Shown: one piece after another, positions 1 through 13,616 of the stretch
How positions within the stretch are numbered: the stretch's first letter is position 1
Layout of the letters: the number at the start of each line of letters is the position of its first letter
Origin: Paramecium tetraurelia
Taxonomy: Eukaryota
Assembly (NCBI GenBank): GCA_000165425.1
Contig: CT868029.1
Location: forward strand, 1 to 64,000
Direction: 5' to 3'
DNA length: 64,000 bases
Notes under the pieces: model-generated
The model's input: the letters and a program-made list of their open reading frames with translations, nothing else
The model's database searches: none
Told to the model about the DNA's origin: nothing
Position numbers and translations under genes: made by a program

Positions 1-416
1 ACCCCTAATAAAAAGCCAAATTAGTTGGTCATTCTAATACAGTTAATTCAGTCAATTTTTCTCCTTATGGTACTACATTAGCATCTGGTAGTTTGGATAA
101 CTCTATCCGTTTATGGGACTTTAAGACAGGATTATAAATCATATCTTCAGATAATAATTACACAGATATTTTAGCTTAATTTTCACTTCAAATTTTCAAC
201 AACAGCTCTCTTCAAGAAAGTGGTATTTATTTTAACTATTTTTTAGTTAATTCTAGTGTTACTATCCTTCTAATATCACAATAGCTAATCTTTTAATCAT
301 AAGGTGCTTTAATTTTGAAAGGTGAATTTATAGATCAAGCTGGAATTGACTTGAAGACATTATTTTAATACAAAGGAAGTTGCATTTTAGAAAACTAAAT
401 TGGATTACAATAATGA
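1..416 (+). CDS. 3' end of a WD40-repeat protein (Paramecium expanded WD40 family), truncated at the window start
   Basis: Ciliate-code translation [42 protein letters not shown]; 24-nt intron 223-246; C-terminus ..[24 protein letters not shown]..; TGA 414-416. Confidence 0.9.
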
Positions 417-809
417 TAAAATTGTTATTATTAACAATTTTATAAAATTCAATTTATCCATCACTGTAACATTATTCTCAACCTAGACAATGAACTTGAT
501 GACTTAGTTTGCCCAAATTTCCTGCACTAAAATTTTAGACTAAATCATAAATGAACTTTTATCCTTGAATTTTTATGAAAATCCCAGATCTTGATGCTTC
601 TTTGATATTCAATTTATTTTAGTTCTGTGCAAACTCTGCTACGTCGTGTTAATAGCGATAGTAGTGATTGATTTAACCTTATCTAATAGTATACTCGGAC
701 CATGCTTTTGACATAAGTTCCATCTCTTTTTGCTACCTACTCAGCTAGCTTAATTTTACATAAGCTACAAATTCTTTGAGTTTTTTCTAGCTTTGTTTTT
801 TCATGTGAC

Positions 810-842
810 TACACTACTTACGGTTAGGAAGTAAGTAGTGTA
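810..842. repeat. Perfect 12-bp inverted repeat with 9-nt spacer, TA-bounded (IES/MITE-like)
   Basis: TACACTACTTAC-ggttaggaa-GTAAGTAGTGTA. Confidence 0.75.
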
Positions 843-2759
843 TTTCAATTTTATATTACTTTCTGCACTTGAACTAGTAAGTAGAGGGTTACCTTTTCCA
901 ATAGTTTATTCTGTACATTAAGTCTGGATATGTGAATCAATTAATGGTGCTAAATGTTTTCCTAATTTTTACACAATTCACATATATATTTTCTCTGGAA
1001 ATTTTTTTGGAATGCAAAATAATATAAGATTATTAAACTTTCCTTGTTAGTATTGTTTCAATCTGATGATAAAAATGCTTGTCTACCATAGCTCATCTCC
1101 TTCTTTTACAACTATTCTATCTTGTTGGTTCTAATGATGTAGGGCTTTAATTTAATCTTTTCATTTGAACACACTCCTTGTAGTTTTCAGAGAATATTTT
1201 TAGAAATTGTACTATTGATCGTTGCAGTTACAATTTGTTAATATTATTATAATAAATTTTATTGATCTATCCAGTTTCTTTTCACTTATCAACTTGTGAC
1301 CATAACAAAAATAATTATTCTTGTTTAGCTTATAGGATGCCTGTTTAGAAATTAACAATTTAAAATCAAAGGAATTTTCTTCGTCAAACAATGGATCTCA
1401 CTAGAGAATGCTTTATATTTAAAACTGATGGAAATATTTTTGCTGGATGAAAAAAGCATTAAGGATAATGACATTATTAGACATTGCTCTAGTCGACTCC
1501 TTATTTTAATGCATAAAGCATGATTAATTTGTTGAGTTTAAATAAAAGTATCTGGTTCTTATCAAGCTTCTTGCAACATACGTCAATTTTAAGCTCTTGT
1601 ATATTTCTAAGATAATTCAAAATGATAAAGAATGTCAGGTTTTATCCCTAATATTTAATCTCTGACTCAATTTTTTTAAGATTGCTCTTTGTATGGCAAA
1701 AACTGATTTATTACTGAAGGAGATGGCAATATTTAATAATTCTAAAAGCTTATGAGTGCATAAATTATGGGTAAATAAATTAACTAACTAAATTATCTAT
1801 GAATTGCTAAAGTAAAGCTCCTGTAATTGAAGAATAAAAAGGTCTCAAATTGTTGCGGTGAACGTTATCAATTAATTTCGAATGTATCAATAAAATAAAA
1901 AGAATATCTCTTTAAATATAATGACTTGTACATATGGAATTTGAATTAATTTTAAGTAGGATATAACTCTATTATATAATTATAATTAAAAATTAAAAGA
2001 CTAAGATTCCAGCCTATTCAATAATAATTTAGTTAATAGAATGATGAGATACCATATCTAATAATTAAAATAGAACAGAAATCAAATCGAGTCACAAAAG
2101 AATTCGTAATGCATAAAACTTATATGTAAAAGATATTATTGGATAAATATGTTGTCATGCAAGTTAGATGCTAAATTCATATATCAATTTTCTTCTAATG
2201 CGAATATATGAGAGTTACTTCGACAAATTTTTGGTTTAAAAAATATTCATAAAAATGCTTAATTTACCAGCATAAGTCATAAGAAGTTAACAACAAGGCG
2301 GATTACAAAATTACCTTCATCCATATGATTAATGTATGATTTTTTAATCAATAATCTAGACTTCAGTAGTTAATCAACAGAAATTGAAAGCCTGAAATAT
2401 TGTTGACACAACCGATTATGAATATGTCGAAAAAGATTATAACTTTTTTGAGAATTAATTTTGACTATATCCAATAATGTTCTGATTATTTTTTCCTTTT
2501 CAGTTTATTGATATTTTGCATTTGATAATTTTTTTTTAGGTTATATATATCTGTAATTGCAGATGTAAATAATTATTAATAGGTGTATGGGTTATACATA
2601 ATTGAATACACTCAACTATAAATATTTTGGGAGCATGCTATTTAATCAGTGTTTGCAAAACGGATAATTACTTATAGTAATTCTAAGGTTTTGAGTATCT
2701 TATCTACTCTAATACCTCTTCCATTTATGAAATTAGTGTATATCGATTAAGAATCCAAT

Positions 2760-3100
2760 ATCCATCAAAACAGCTTCAATAAAAAAGGGATTAATTAAGA
2801 GATAAAAATTGCGGCTACAAAAGACTCTCATTTAGTGGTGATTTGAAAGCACCACTGTCAGATTATGTATCAATTTTAGAGTTGTAACTCAAAACTTAAA
2901 AGTAGAGATATACTGATAGCTAATGAAATAAGCGTGCTATTAGAATAAGCATGTGATGCAAATGTCAAAAACGTTCCAAACCACAGCAAAATGTAAGCAT
3001 TAACAAAAACATGGAATGCAAACGGGAAGCTGATGGTGAATGTAAAAGAGATCTATTAAAAGAAATACAAGATCGAATGTGGGTAGCAATTAAAATATAT
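2760..3100 (+). pseudogene. Degenerate Cys-rich (surface-protein-like) fragment
   Basis: Scattered Cys codons in broken frames, no intact ORF; boundaries approximate. Confidence 0.3.
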
Positions 3101-3699
3101 TAGTTGCCTCAAGAGATATAATTCCAATAAAATTGCAATTCGGATGATAAGCACCAAATGACACGTTAAAATTACAATTTAAATTGGTTATCACAAGCTG
3201 TTACAAAGGTATCTAAGCATAATCTTATTTGCAAGAAGAAGATGATAAATAGGATTCTTAATTAAATAGAATATGATGACAAGTTATTTTAACATCTGCT
3301 TACCGAGGAAGATTTTTTCTCAAACGCATGGCATCATTACTTCATTTTATACAGTCTAACAGCCACCACAAAATGAACACAATGCTCTGTATTTAGTTTG
3401 CACCTTTTAAGTAGACTTATAATATAATGCACTATATTTTTATATATATTGCAAAGCTTGATATCAACGAGTGGATCCGTTAATTGATACGAAATATGTA
3501 ATTAGCCATCATTACCAAAGAAGTTTAGCACTACATATCATTATTAAATTTTGTATTGAAATAATAAAAGCAGCATCGGATGTTTGGTGCACAACTGAAA
3601 ATACCTTTGAAAGGAAGTATGACTGATTCACCACAAAGCATTTTTGAACTTTAAATTTGATTGTCAAAAAATGATTAATAGGAAGCTGGACTGAACATC

Positions 3700-5100
3700 A
3701 AGTTTGCAATCTCCATTAATAAAGGGACGAAAAATACAAATATCTGGTATCATCAAACGTTTATGCAAACGCATAAATACAAACTTGTACTGTATAATTA
3801 TTATAGGTGAAAGCTTATTATCATTCATATTTTAAACTCTTCATTAAATGCACCGTTTCATTTATGAACTTAATCTCAATACATTGCACTCGAAGAATGA
3901 GAAGATTAATCAAATACAATAGAGTGTATGACACTTACACAAATAATGAAAAAAATTCCTGCTTACAACATCATTAACATGGCTAATGACGTTTCAAGGA
4001 GATTCTAAGTATTCCTTATTGCCAAAGGAAAGATGAGGCTCAGGTACTGCCTATAGGGAAGGAGGATTATCCTATGAAAAGTGTATATGATAATAAATAA
4101 TGTAACTGAACAGCATACGACAATTATAAAACTAGTATTGAATTCAAAAGTGAATAAAGGATGATATAATAGAATCTTGAGCATTGACTTCAAACGATTT
4201 AGAATCCATGAGAAAGGAAAAAATTTCCAATAGAAATTGAAGAAATATCTTCTAGAATAAGAATAAAAGTGGCAATTTCATTTAGAAGTGTAAGTAGAAT
4301 TGCATAAGTGAAAGCCTATTTTACTTATAAAGTCAAACAAGGAATACATGAATATTTTTAGAACAAGTTGTATTTGGTACATTAAAGATGTATTGATTTG
4401 AACTTTAGTTAGTATAAGAAAGAAACATTGCTATTATAAGAAACAACATAGTATGAATGTGCATCATCATATGAACATTATGTCAATGAAGTATAATTTA
4501 ATACGAATCTAAATTAAAAGAGAAAGAATGTAAATATTATTCACAAAAAAAGGATCAACATCTATTCTGCCAGTATCAGGAGAATATTTAACTTTATGTG
4601 GTGGTTCACAAGCTAATAAACAGTCTCATACAGGGTAACCATCACCACACAATGTATGCAAGAATGATTTTATATAACTCACATGAAAGGTTAATAATAA
4701 GCAGGTATGATTTTATCATGCTTTGCTTCACACACAGCTGGCTCAAGTTATGCCAATTTCCAGATACATAAAGTGTCATTTCTCTAGAATATAGGTAATA
4801 TTGTTGGCCATACTAGTTTATCTTTTCATTTCAATATGAATATTACAAATAGCACCTTTCCTGTAGTACTTGTCGAAAATTATGATGAAAACATTAATCA
4901 TAGGATCCTATTAATAACATTGCATTTTTAAAATAGTAGTAACATCAGAATAATACGTATGTAGATTACTTGCAACAAATTTATACTACGGTTTTGTATA
5001 ACGCCCTTCATTAAATGTGTGCATGTAATTGGCTGCATTATTATTATATCAATTAGAGCAGCTATCTCAATAATTTTTGTTGTAAAGTCTGCAGGCCAAC
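3700..5100 (-). pseudogene. Decayed Cys-rich multi-pass membrane protein gene
   Basis: Frameshifted remnants: (G)YWQNR after ACEPPHK, followed by hydrophobic segments (ORF 4005-4193); in-frame TGAs. Confidence 0.4.
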
Positions 5101-5699
5101 TAAATCTATATTATCAAGCACAAAAACAGAACCAGCATAACATTTAATATACCCTGTGAAGTCGTTAAAGACTCTCATCAAAATTGTAAGGGTCCTTTTA
5201 TTATTGGTATTCAGTGTCATTTTTTAATAATTTCATGGATTTCCAAGGCATAATTTTTGCCTTTTTGAACTACCATGTTATATTCTTGCGTATTGAAACT
5301 TTGATAGTACTCTTAATTCTGGTAATCTCTGAAGTATTAAATTATTAAATCAATTCTTAAGTCCATTAATTACTTGGGATAGGGTCAACTTTTAATTGCC
5401 AAATATCAAATTAATCTTTGAGTAGTCGATTTTATTTGATGATGATTGTTAAGACACAATTCTTTTTCCAAAAGAGTCTTTTGCTCATTCAATTATTTTC
5501 TGCCTATAATATTTAGAATACACATTTAGTTGGAAAATTTGTCTTCCAGTTATTTTTGATAAATATGATTCTATCTTAATCAAACAACTAGTATTAGATG
5601 GACCTCATAGACATGTTTAGGAAAATACCAATTTACAACATTAAGTATAAAAGTGATGTGTAATACTATATTTTAGGGAAATAATAATAGAACTTATAA

Positions 5700-6500
5700 A
5701 AATTACAATAAACAGAACAAAGTGTGCAAATGAAATTTTTATTTATTAACTCTAATTCAGCTAAACAATCCTTTAAATAAGATCTGCTTATAAACATTAA
5801 GAGTGTGCTAAGTAAAACCCAAACATCCTTATTAATAACCAAAACAATGGCTGGGATTAAAATATACAATTACTTAATTTAGCTGAGTTGATTGCTGGCT
5901 CTTAAAAACAGGATATAGTATAAAAAGCCAGGATATTTAATTAAGTTAGCTATTTCGTGCATCATAATAATCAGGCACAAATAAGTACATAAATGATGCA
6001 AAATTGCCGAATTTTTAGAGCAAAATGAAATTAATATCGCTTTCTCTCGGAAATATTCAGCAACTCAATGATAAAGTAACGAGGAGTAGTAAGGGTGTTG
6101 CAATAAAATTGCTTTGCCATGTGGATAATAGTATAATAAAAGCTGCATAATTGATGTAACAAGTTAAGACATATACACATTTAGTGTACGCAATTAATAA
6201 TTAAAATCAGGACAAGAAATATATTTATCAAGATTCAAAAGAGTTCGAAGCAAATCAAATAACTGAAGGATAGGATACTATATTCTGGAATTCAGAATAG
6301 GAACAAATAAAATTAAGATGCAGTTTTAGATTTGATATAATTTACAACCCCAAATACACACGATGTAAATGAATTTTCAATCTCCTGAATCATTAATCAA
6401 CAATATGCTCTTCAAGTTTTGAAGTATAATGATGTCTACCAATAAAACTAGCCAATTGAGATGTATACTAAATAAAAGTGCTTAATTGAAACTGCAATAA
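5700..6500 (+). pseudogene. Degenerate surface-antigen-like Cys repeats
   Basis: Fragments such as HQECAKQNP and GCCNKIALPCGQQYNKSCIID in broken frames. Confidence 0.35.
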
Positions 6501-7249
6501 CTGTTCTACATTTAATGCTATCAACAAAATAATTGTATGGAAGCTCTCTAATGTTCACAAATAAATCAAAGAGGTATAAGAAGGAATGTTATGAATACAA
6601 TTTTCATATATCTCCATTAGATCCCATTAAAAAGGAATGAGAGCAACAAAGTAAACATTTAGAATGGTTGGACTCATCAATATTCTATCTAAGAAATAAG
6701 CCCCTCCACAGTGAAAGAATTGTAAGAATACCGAAATTTATCACTTTTCAGGCACTAAAATTGGTGGGTCTCTTAAATATTTATTTGTTTGGTGGCAGAA
6801 CACTAAGTAATGAAAATTATTGCAAAAAAAAAAAATATTGATTAGTTAACAGTATAGCACGTTTGAATCAATAAGTAAATTTAGAAGGGAAAACTGTGTA
6901 TCACTTTTACAGTTTTATTTTTTGAGATTAATAAAAAATAGGTAGATACAAAATATTAACAATCCTAACTATATTTGTATATATTTATGTGATCGAAAGT
7001 TTTTTCCATAATACATTTATTTATTTATAATATCAGTCAGTAATCAACAGAATACTATATGGCACTAAATCATTTTCAACAATCAATAGCAATTCTTCAA
7101 TAACGCTCTACATTTTAAGAAAGTAAAATTAATTATTATTCTCTCTATTACGGTGTCAAAGTCAAAAAACTTAGAGTGCTAATATGACAGTTGACAGTTG
7201 ACAGTTATGAATCTAACAGATTTTATAATGCATTTTAAATAGATGTGGG

Positions 7250-8200
7250 AAATTCACTGGTAAATGCTTTACTATTGATTTACAGTTCTGGATAACAAAT
7301 GTTTTTTGCTGGCACTTTTCTGTATAGTAAGATTCCTCTTCTGCATTTTATAGTTCACTCATTCTTAGTGCGTGAATAGTTTGTGTGTGTTAAGAGCATA
7401 CAGACTATGGCAAATTTTTTGGGAACCTGCACAATCATTTATTATTAAAAGTAATAGATACTATGGTTTTGATATTGCTATTATACAGGATACTCAAGAA
7501 GTTCATTCGTATTAATTCTTGAGTGATATTAATACCATGATTCCAGATTTCTTCTTATTGATTATTAAGGAAAAATTTCGCATACTTTTTCAAATATGAT
7601 TATAATTATTTAATGTCTTGACGTTTAATTATTATAGAGATGTCGTCAGCATAGCTGTAGAGGTATCTATTTTACATAGAATATGTAGAATTTCACTCAT
7701 TAAATGGCTTCATTGTTTCTTTTTCTTCTGCTGTTTAAAAAAGGGGACTAGCAATTAAAGAAATATGTTGAAGTGTATGAAAATTTTATTGGTAATTCAC
7801 AATCACAAGTTGGTAATTGTTAATTCCTAGGATCAACGCAACTTGTAGGGTATTTCATTTATTTTCATTTATATAGTTATTTTCACCGCCTTCACAAGTT
7901 AAACAGGATCCAACAAATTTTAAACATGTTATTCCTGACTTATAGAACCATTTGCACAATCACTACAATTAGTGATTGAGGAACATTTCGTAGAAGAAGA
8001 GGAAAAGCTAAAGCTATACAATCATTTGATCTTAAATTATAACCACCTTTACAAGATTAACAATGGTTTATGATGAACATGTATCACATACATCCGCACA
8101 ATCAAAACAACTCATCATCAATGATTATTAAAGTAATCCGCATGATAAGGCAGCTAAACCTTATAGAGAATATTACTATAGTTAAATTGCAGAATAAATC
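7250..8200 (-). pseudogene. Decayed furin/EGF-like Cys-rich repeat gene
   Basis: CDTCSS, CQSCKGGY, CSSITNCSDCANG, CLTCEGGENN, SCVDPRNQQLPTCDCE with frameshifts and stops. Confidence 0.6.
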
Positions 8201-9099
8201 AAAAGAAATTGGACAATATTCTTTATTGGCACTTTTTGTTTAAATTAAATTTTGAAAATCTTTCTAAAAATATATTAAAATTGTCATTAGAGTTATTTAT
8301 ACATTTAAAAAATAATATTAATAACTATATATTATGATTAACTCCTATCATTTAAAAAAAGGGACATTCCTAATACATAAATTGCAGCAACATATATAGA
8401 AATGATAAAGGACATCTTTAAAATTCTGGCCTATAAACTTTTTTTTATCATCTAATTGCTTTTAAGGAAATCTTAATTTTTCAATAAACTAATAAAGATA
8501 TCTTTTCAATTCTAAATCAAAAAAAATACAGCTCAGTGTTCTCTATATTCAGAATTAAATTAACATGTTTAAGTAAAATAATAATTACTACTTTTGTGAA
8601 TATAAATAAGTCTTTCCATTAAAGGGTATTAAATTTCCTTATTAATAATAGTCAATAATGGCTCCTCCATAATAAAAAATAATTCCTTCCTACCCCAAAA
8701 TATATTTTGCTGTTTTTTTGCATAAGTAACTGTCAGAGAATGAGATTTTTCTTTTTAGAGAGAATTTCAAGTATTTTATGTTGAAAATGCAGCCCAATAT
8801 TACTTTATGTGAGGACTTTCAAGTGAGAAGATCGAAGTAGAAACTGAAAAAGTAAAATAATAATACAAAATTATTTGAGATTAGTTTAGCAAACAATTTG
8901 TATTGATTCTAATTATAAAATTTAAATGAATACTCAATTTTATTTCAAAAAATTGGAAGCAAGTTTAATATTTTAATAAGTACTCTTTTATAGATTTGAA
9001 TTCTGTTGCGAAATCTTTGATTAATTAATTATGTTTATATCTTTAACCTATATTATATAACTAACTATGTTTTTAGAAAGAAGCTTGCAGTGTAGGAAT

Positions 9100-10100
9100 T
9101 TAAAAAGTTTCATAAATTTATTTGGAGAAAACTAGGTAGACTACCTTCAATTATTAAGTTCATTTTCTAAACAAATCATACTAAAACAATAATAGATATA
9201 ACATGATTTGTCATTATGCTAGAAAGAAATACCAAATGGTTTTTATTCTTTAAAAACAAGGAAATTTGAAACCATTTTAGATTTGATAGAATGGAGGTAA
9301 AGTATTAAATTAATATATTAGTATTGTAATAATTATAAAGTCAAATTGTGTAATAAAAATAATTTAAACTAATAAAGTTATCGTCTGAAATAGTAAAGTA
9401 TATTATAATTTCTTCCTTTTATACTGTTCTTTTCAAACCTTTTTTCACAATCCAAAATAGATAATATACTAATACAAAATTTAATAAACTATCTCATAGT
9501 TGGTTATAATATCTGTTCAAAGATTTAACCTTCAAATGATAAAGGAAGACCTACTATCATGAAATTTTGAGAAATTAACTGACTAAATTAAAATGTAAAA
9601 ATATATCAATTGTCTTTGATTTTTTAAGCCCATCAGTGGCCTTCCAGAAAATAACATTAAAGCTTTTGTTTAACTTAGAAAAGTAGAAGCATAGATCATT
9701 CTAATAATTATAATCTTTAAACAGGAGACTATGTTTTCGAAATTAATGTTTAAATTTCGAAGGAGATAAAAATTTTAGAGCAAATTACTACTCTTTGTGT
9801 AGGTATTCTTTTTAAAGAATTATAAAATTCATAATTCACAAATACTCCATTAATTTACAAAAATGGATGCAATTGTAGCAATAGAACAGATTTAGGAAAC
9901 TACTAGATTGGCTTTAATTTTGTCAACATCTAAGACTCCAAAATCTTGTTGACAATCCTTAATACATAATAAATATTATTTTAATGTAAAACACTTTTAC
10001 TTGATTACCTAGTAAATAGTGATAGAAACATCTTAGCTAACAATTATTACAAGACTTTAGATAATATATTAGTTTATCACGAAGAACTTTAACTCCGCGA
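9100..10100 (+). pseudogene. Possible decayed member of the ciliate 2-TM family (cf. 13617-15039)
   Basis: Remnants NLFGE and EQITTLCVGILFK resemble motifs of the 13.6-kb gene; frames are broken. Confidence 0.3.
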
Positions 10101-10192
10101 AAAACAGAATCAACTTCAAAATAGCATTTAATTCCCATCCAAAATCAATATATGAATGAGAAAATAAAATTAAAAAATGATTAATTTAATAA

Positions 10193-11285
10193 TCATTTCT
10201 TCGATTTCTGAGCACAAATCTACTTGCAATTCTCTAAATTAATTATTTAATTAAAATACCCATTAAACTGTTTACCCGCTAATCACCAGGTTTATACTTC
10301 AAAAACTTTTGATAGCAAATCATAGCATCATCATAGTTTCCTAAATTTTCTAAACATTACCCTAGAAAATAGAATAATAAAATACCTTTTATTTGAATTG
10401 GAAAAGTGTTATAATGTTCAATTTAGAGTGCTTAATTCAGAAAAATTAAAGATTCTTCATACTTCCCTAATTTTCTTAAACATTCACCTAATGATTTAAC
10501 TACATTAATTTACCTTTATTACTTAAAGAATTAACATGTTTAGGATTTATTTCTATTGCTTAATCTAAGCAAACTAATGCATCTTGATATTTATCCAACA
10601 ACCTTAAACATGCACCTTATTATATTTATTATCAATACCTTTACATCCTAAAGCCAAAAAATTAGAAGGATCTAATTAAATTGACATATTTAACTATTCT
10701 ATAGACTCCTAAAATTTCCCACTACAATATAAATTATAACCTAAAAATTTAATTGATAATATTACCTCTTTGATAAAATTCTGCTGATATTTTTTAATAA
10801 TCTATCAAATAAGTAATTTAAGATAATTTTAATTATTCCTTTAAGTTACTAAATTAAAGATCTAATTTTTTAGTCATTTCTGTAATGATAGGTAAAATTG
10901 ATTATTTGTATTCATCAAATTTGATAGCTGAACTCAAGTAATCATTTAATTATTATAAATTCAAAATCATTATCCTTTCCTTTTATAAATAATATTTTTC
11001 TTCTATTCCCTTAATCAATATCTCTGATGATTTAAGGAGTCCTTAGATTATATTATTTAAGGTGTCTTTTAAATTTTGAAATTATTTATTCTAATTTTCT
11101 ACAAATTCAGATAGGCTACCTATATGTTCAACATCATTCATATGATTTCGATGGATTCCTTACTTAGTACATTTAAAACAATGGAATCTAAATTCATTGC
11201 AATATGGGTGATAACAAATAGCATTTATGCTGTCATTATGATCATTTATTTGGCATTTTAGAGTAATATTTGCTGATTAATCCAT
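10193..11285 (-). CDS. TPR-repeat protein with N-terminal Cys/His (B-box-like) zinc domain
   Basis: MDQSANITLKCQINDH..CYHPYCNEFRFHCFKC..HRNH; TPRs ACLRLLDKYQDALVCLDQAIEINP and GQCLENLGNYDDAMICYQKFLKYKP; ~25-nt phase-1 introns between repeats; TGA at 10193. Confidence 0.85.
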
Positions 11286-12249
11286 TGTTAAAAAAATATA
11301 TATTAATTATAAATAGGTAATGTATATTAGTTTATTTTCAATTTACCTTATTCTATTAAAATAAGGTATTAATCTATTTATAAAAACCACATTTAATAAA
11401 ACAAAGTATTTTAGATAGACGACATCATTTTCTATTGATTTATTTTTATCATAAGAAAATTAAATGCTAACTTCAAAAAGAAATATCCAAAATATCTTGA
11501 TATTTCTATTTTAAAAATATCTATGAGACATGTATAAGTATATATGACAGAAGTTAAGCATTCAAGATGAATTATAAGAATTTTAATAAAATAAACATAT
11601 AAATAATTTTAATGCTTCTTCAATTCCACTTATTATTTATCATTCTTAAAGAATATACTTATGGCTGATCACATTAATTTTTATTCTATTTTATTAAACA
11701 TACAAAATTTTTAAACCCTCAATTAGAGTTTGAGATGGTATCAAAGGGTTTTCTTTTTAGTCAAATTTCACCATATTCAGGTTGATGTTATCATATAAAG
11801 AAGGTGTTTAATGATTTGAAAATGTTATAATTTTGATTAAAATGAAATTTTAAGATTTATATTTCTCCATCTAATTATCATCGAAGCTGAAAGATGAGAA
11901 TAAATATTGTTCTTAAATATAGTAGTAGACACTATAGAGAAAGGATACTGGAGAAGCTTTACTAATGTCAATTTGAATTAGACTAGCTGCAAATACATAA
12001 AATAATTCGAATTAAAGTTGTATCATTCATTCTCTATTATTTTTCATTGTCAACAATTAAAGGTATTAAATTCTTAAAAGTAGAATTCAAATGAGTTGTT
12101 ATTTTATCTGAATTTGTTTGTTTAGTCATCTTTTCGCCAAAAAAAAAGAAGATTTGTCTCTTTAATAAAGCGAAGTAATTGTTTAATTAAGAAGTGGAGA
12201 CCTTTTGAGCGAAAATGTGATAATGGGTGGAAGAAATTTTAAAAATGAT

Positions 12250-13400
12250 TGGGTAAACCAATAATTAGAAAGCTTAGGATTAAAAATAATGAGTAACTAG
12301 TGTGGCAAGAAGGTAGCCAAGAATAAAAAATAGTTATTCGGAATTAAGTTTGTAATAGATTTATCTAAACTTAATCCCAAGACAAATTTACTAAAGGAGA
12401 TATCCTAAGAATGTAAGAGCCTAATTTTTTAATTTTTATTTATAGAGATTAAATAAAGTTACAACTAGGAAATCAGAAATCCTAACTAATTTGGAAGAAT
12501 TACTTTTATATAATGGTCTAGATAGTATAACTGCAATAATCAAAAGTAGGCAAATGGATATATCCACATGGAAGATCAAATAATCAAAGATGTAGGTGAG
12601 AATTATTTAGAGAAAGGAAACAAAAAATGATTATGGTAAGAATTAATTGAAAGTCTTTGTATACAATCCTTAGCAATTGGAAGCAAATATTTGTAGGAGA
12701 TTATAATAATGGGATAAGGATGAAGAATTGGAAATATATCTCAGATAATAAAGAAATGTATAAAGATTAATTTCATATTATTATAGAGGTTGTGGCAACT
12801 ATAATTAGAATGGAGAAAGAAATGGTAAAAGGTAAGAACCTTTGGAAAGATTTTGGAGCACTTATTAATTAGTCTTCACAATGTACTTTTTTAGCGGCGG
12901 TGTATTATATAATGTAGAAAGGTATGGAATGAAATAGGGAAATTGGGTTGAAATATTGAATGAGCTTAGTTCATAAGTAACGTTAGATGGAGAATATCAG
13001 GATGGTAAAAAAGTTGAAAAATGGGATATTTATTAATTTAATCAAAAATAATTTAAATGGTTTTAGATATATTAGAAATTAATATTGTGCAGTGGATTTA
13101 TTATTTATGATTTTAAGGAAACCCAATTAATTAGGAAAGGAGATAATAAATTGCACTCCCATCTCTAGTAAAGCAGAGATATATTATGTGGGTAATTTCA
13201 AATATGGCAAAAAAGTTGGTTACTGGGATGTTTGGTTTAAGAAGAGTTATGAGGATGAAAAAAATGAAAAAATGTAAATTATAATCGTTTGTAGTTTAAG
13301 AAAAATAACTCAATAAAATAGTTTATAAGATAAGTTTTTAAGATTGAAATTAATGTTGAGTTGAGATCAATATAACAATTAAAGGAAGAAGAGCAGGGTG
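12250..13400 (+). pseudogene. Decayed MORN-like (G-x-Y-x-x-G-x-K-x-G-x-W) repeat gene
   Basis: EILTNLE.., DVGENYLEKGNKK*LWQELIE, GMKQGNWVEILN, GEYQDGKKVEKWD, GKKVGYWDVWF; TGA stops and frameshifts. Confidence 0.7.
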
Positions 13401-13616
13401 AAAAAAAATTAATAAAACAATTTTCAAAAAAAAGTGGATATTTTTGGTAGAGTACGAAGTTAATATATTTCTTGACCTTTAAGATAAATTTGTTAAGGAT
13501 GTAGAATAAAGAATACCTTTGATTTTGTGGATCTTAAGGAACAAAGAGAATTCTATATGTTAAATTTAGATTAATAATTTTTATTTATTTAAAAAGGCTA
13601 AATAATAATTAATAAA

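Noticed and set aside
7185..7205. (TGACAGT)x3 micro-repeat
   Set aside because: Short slippage repeat in decayed DNA with no evidence of function
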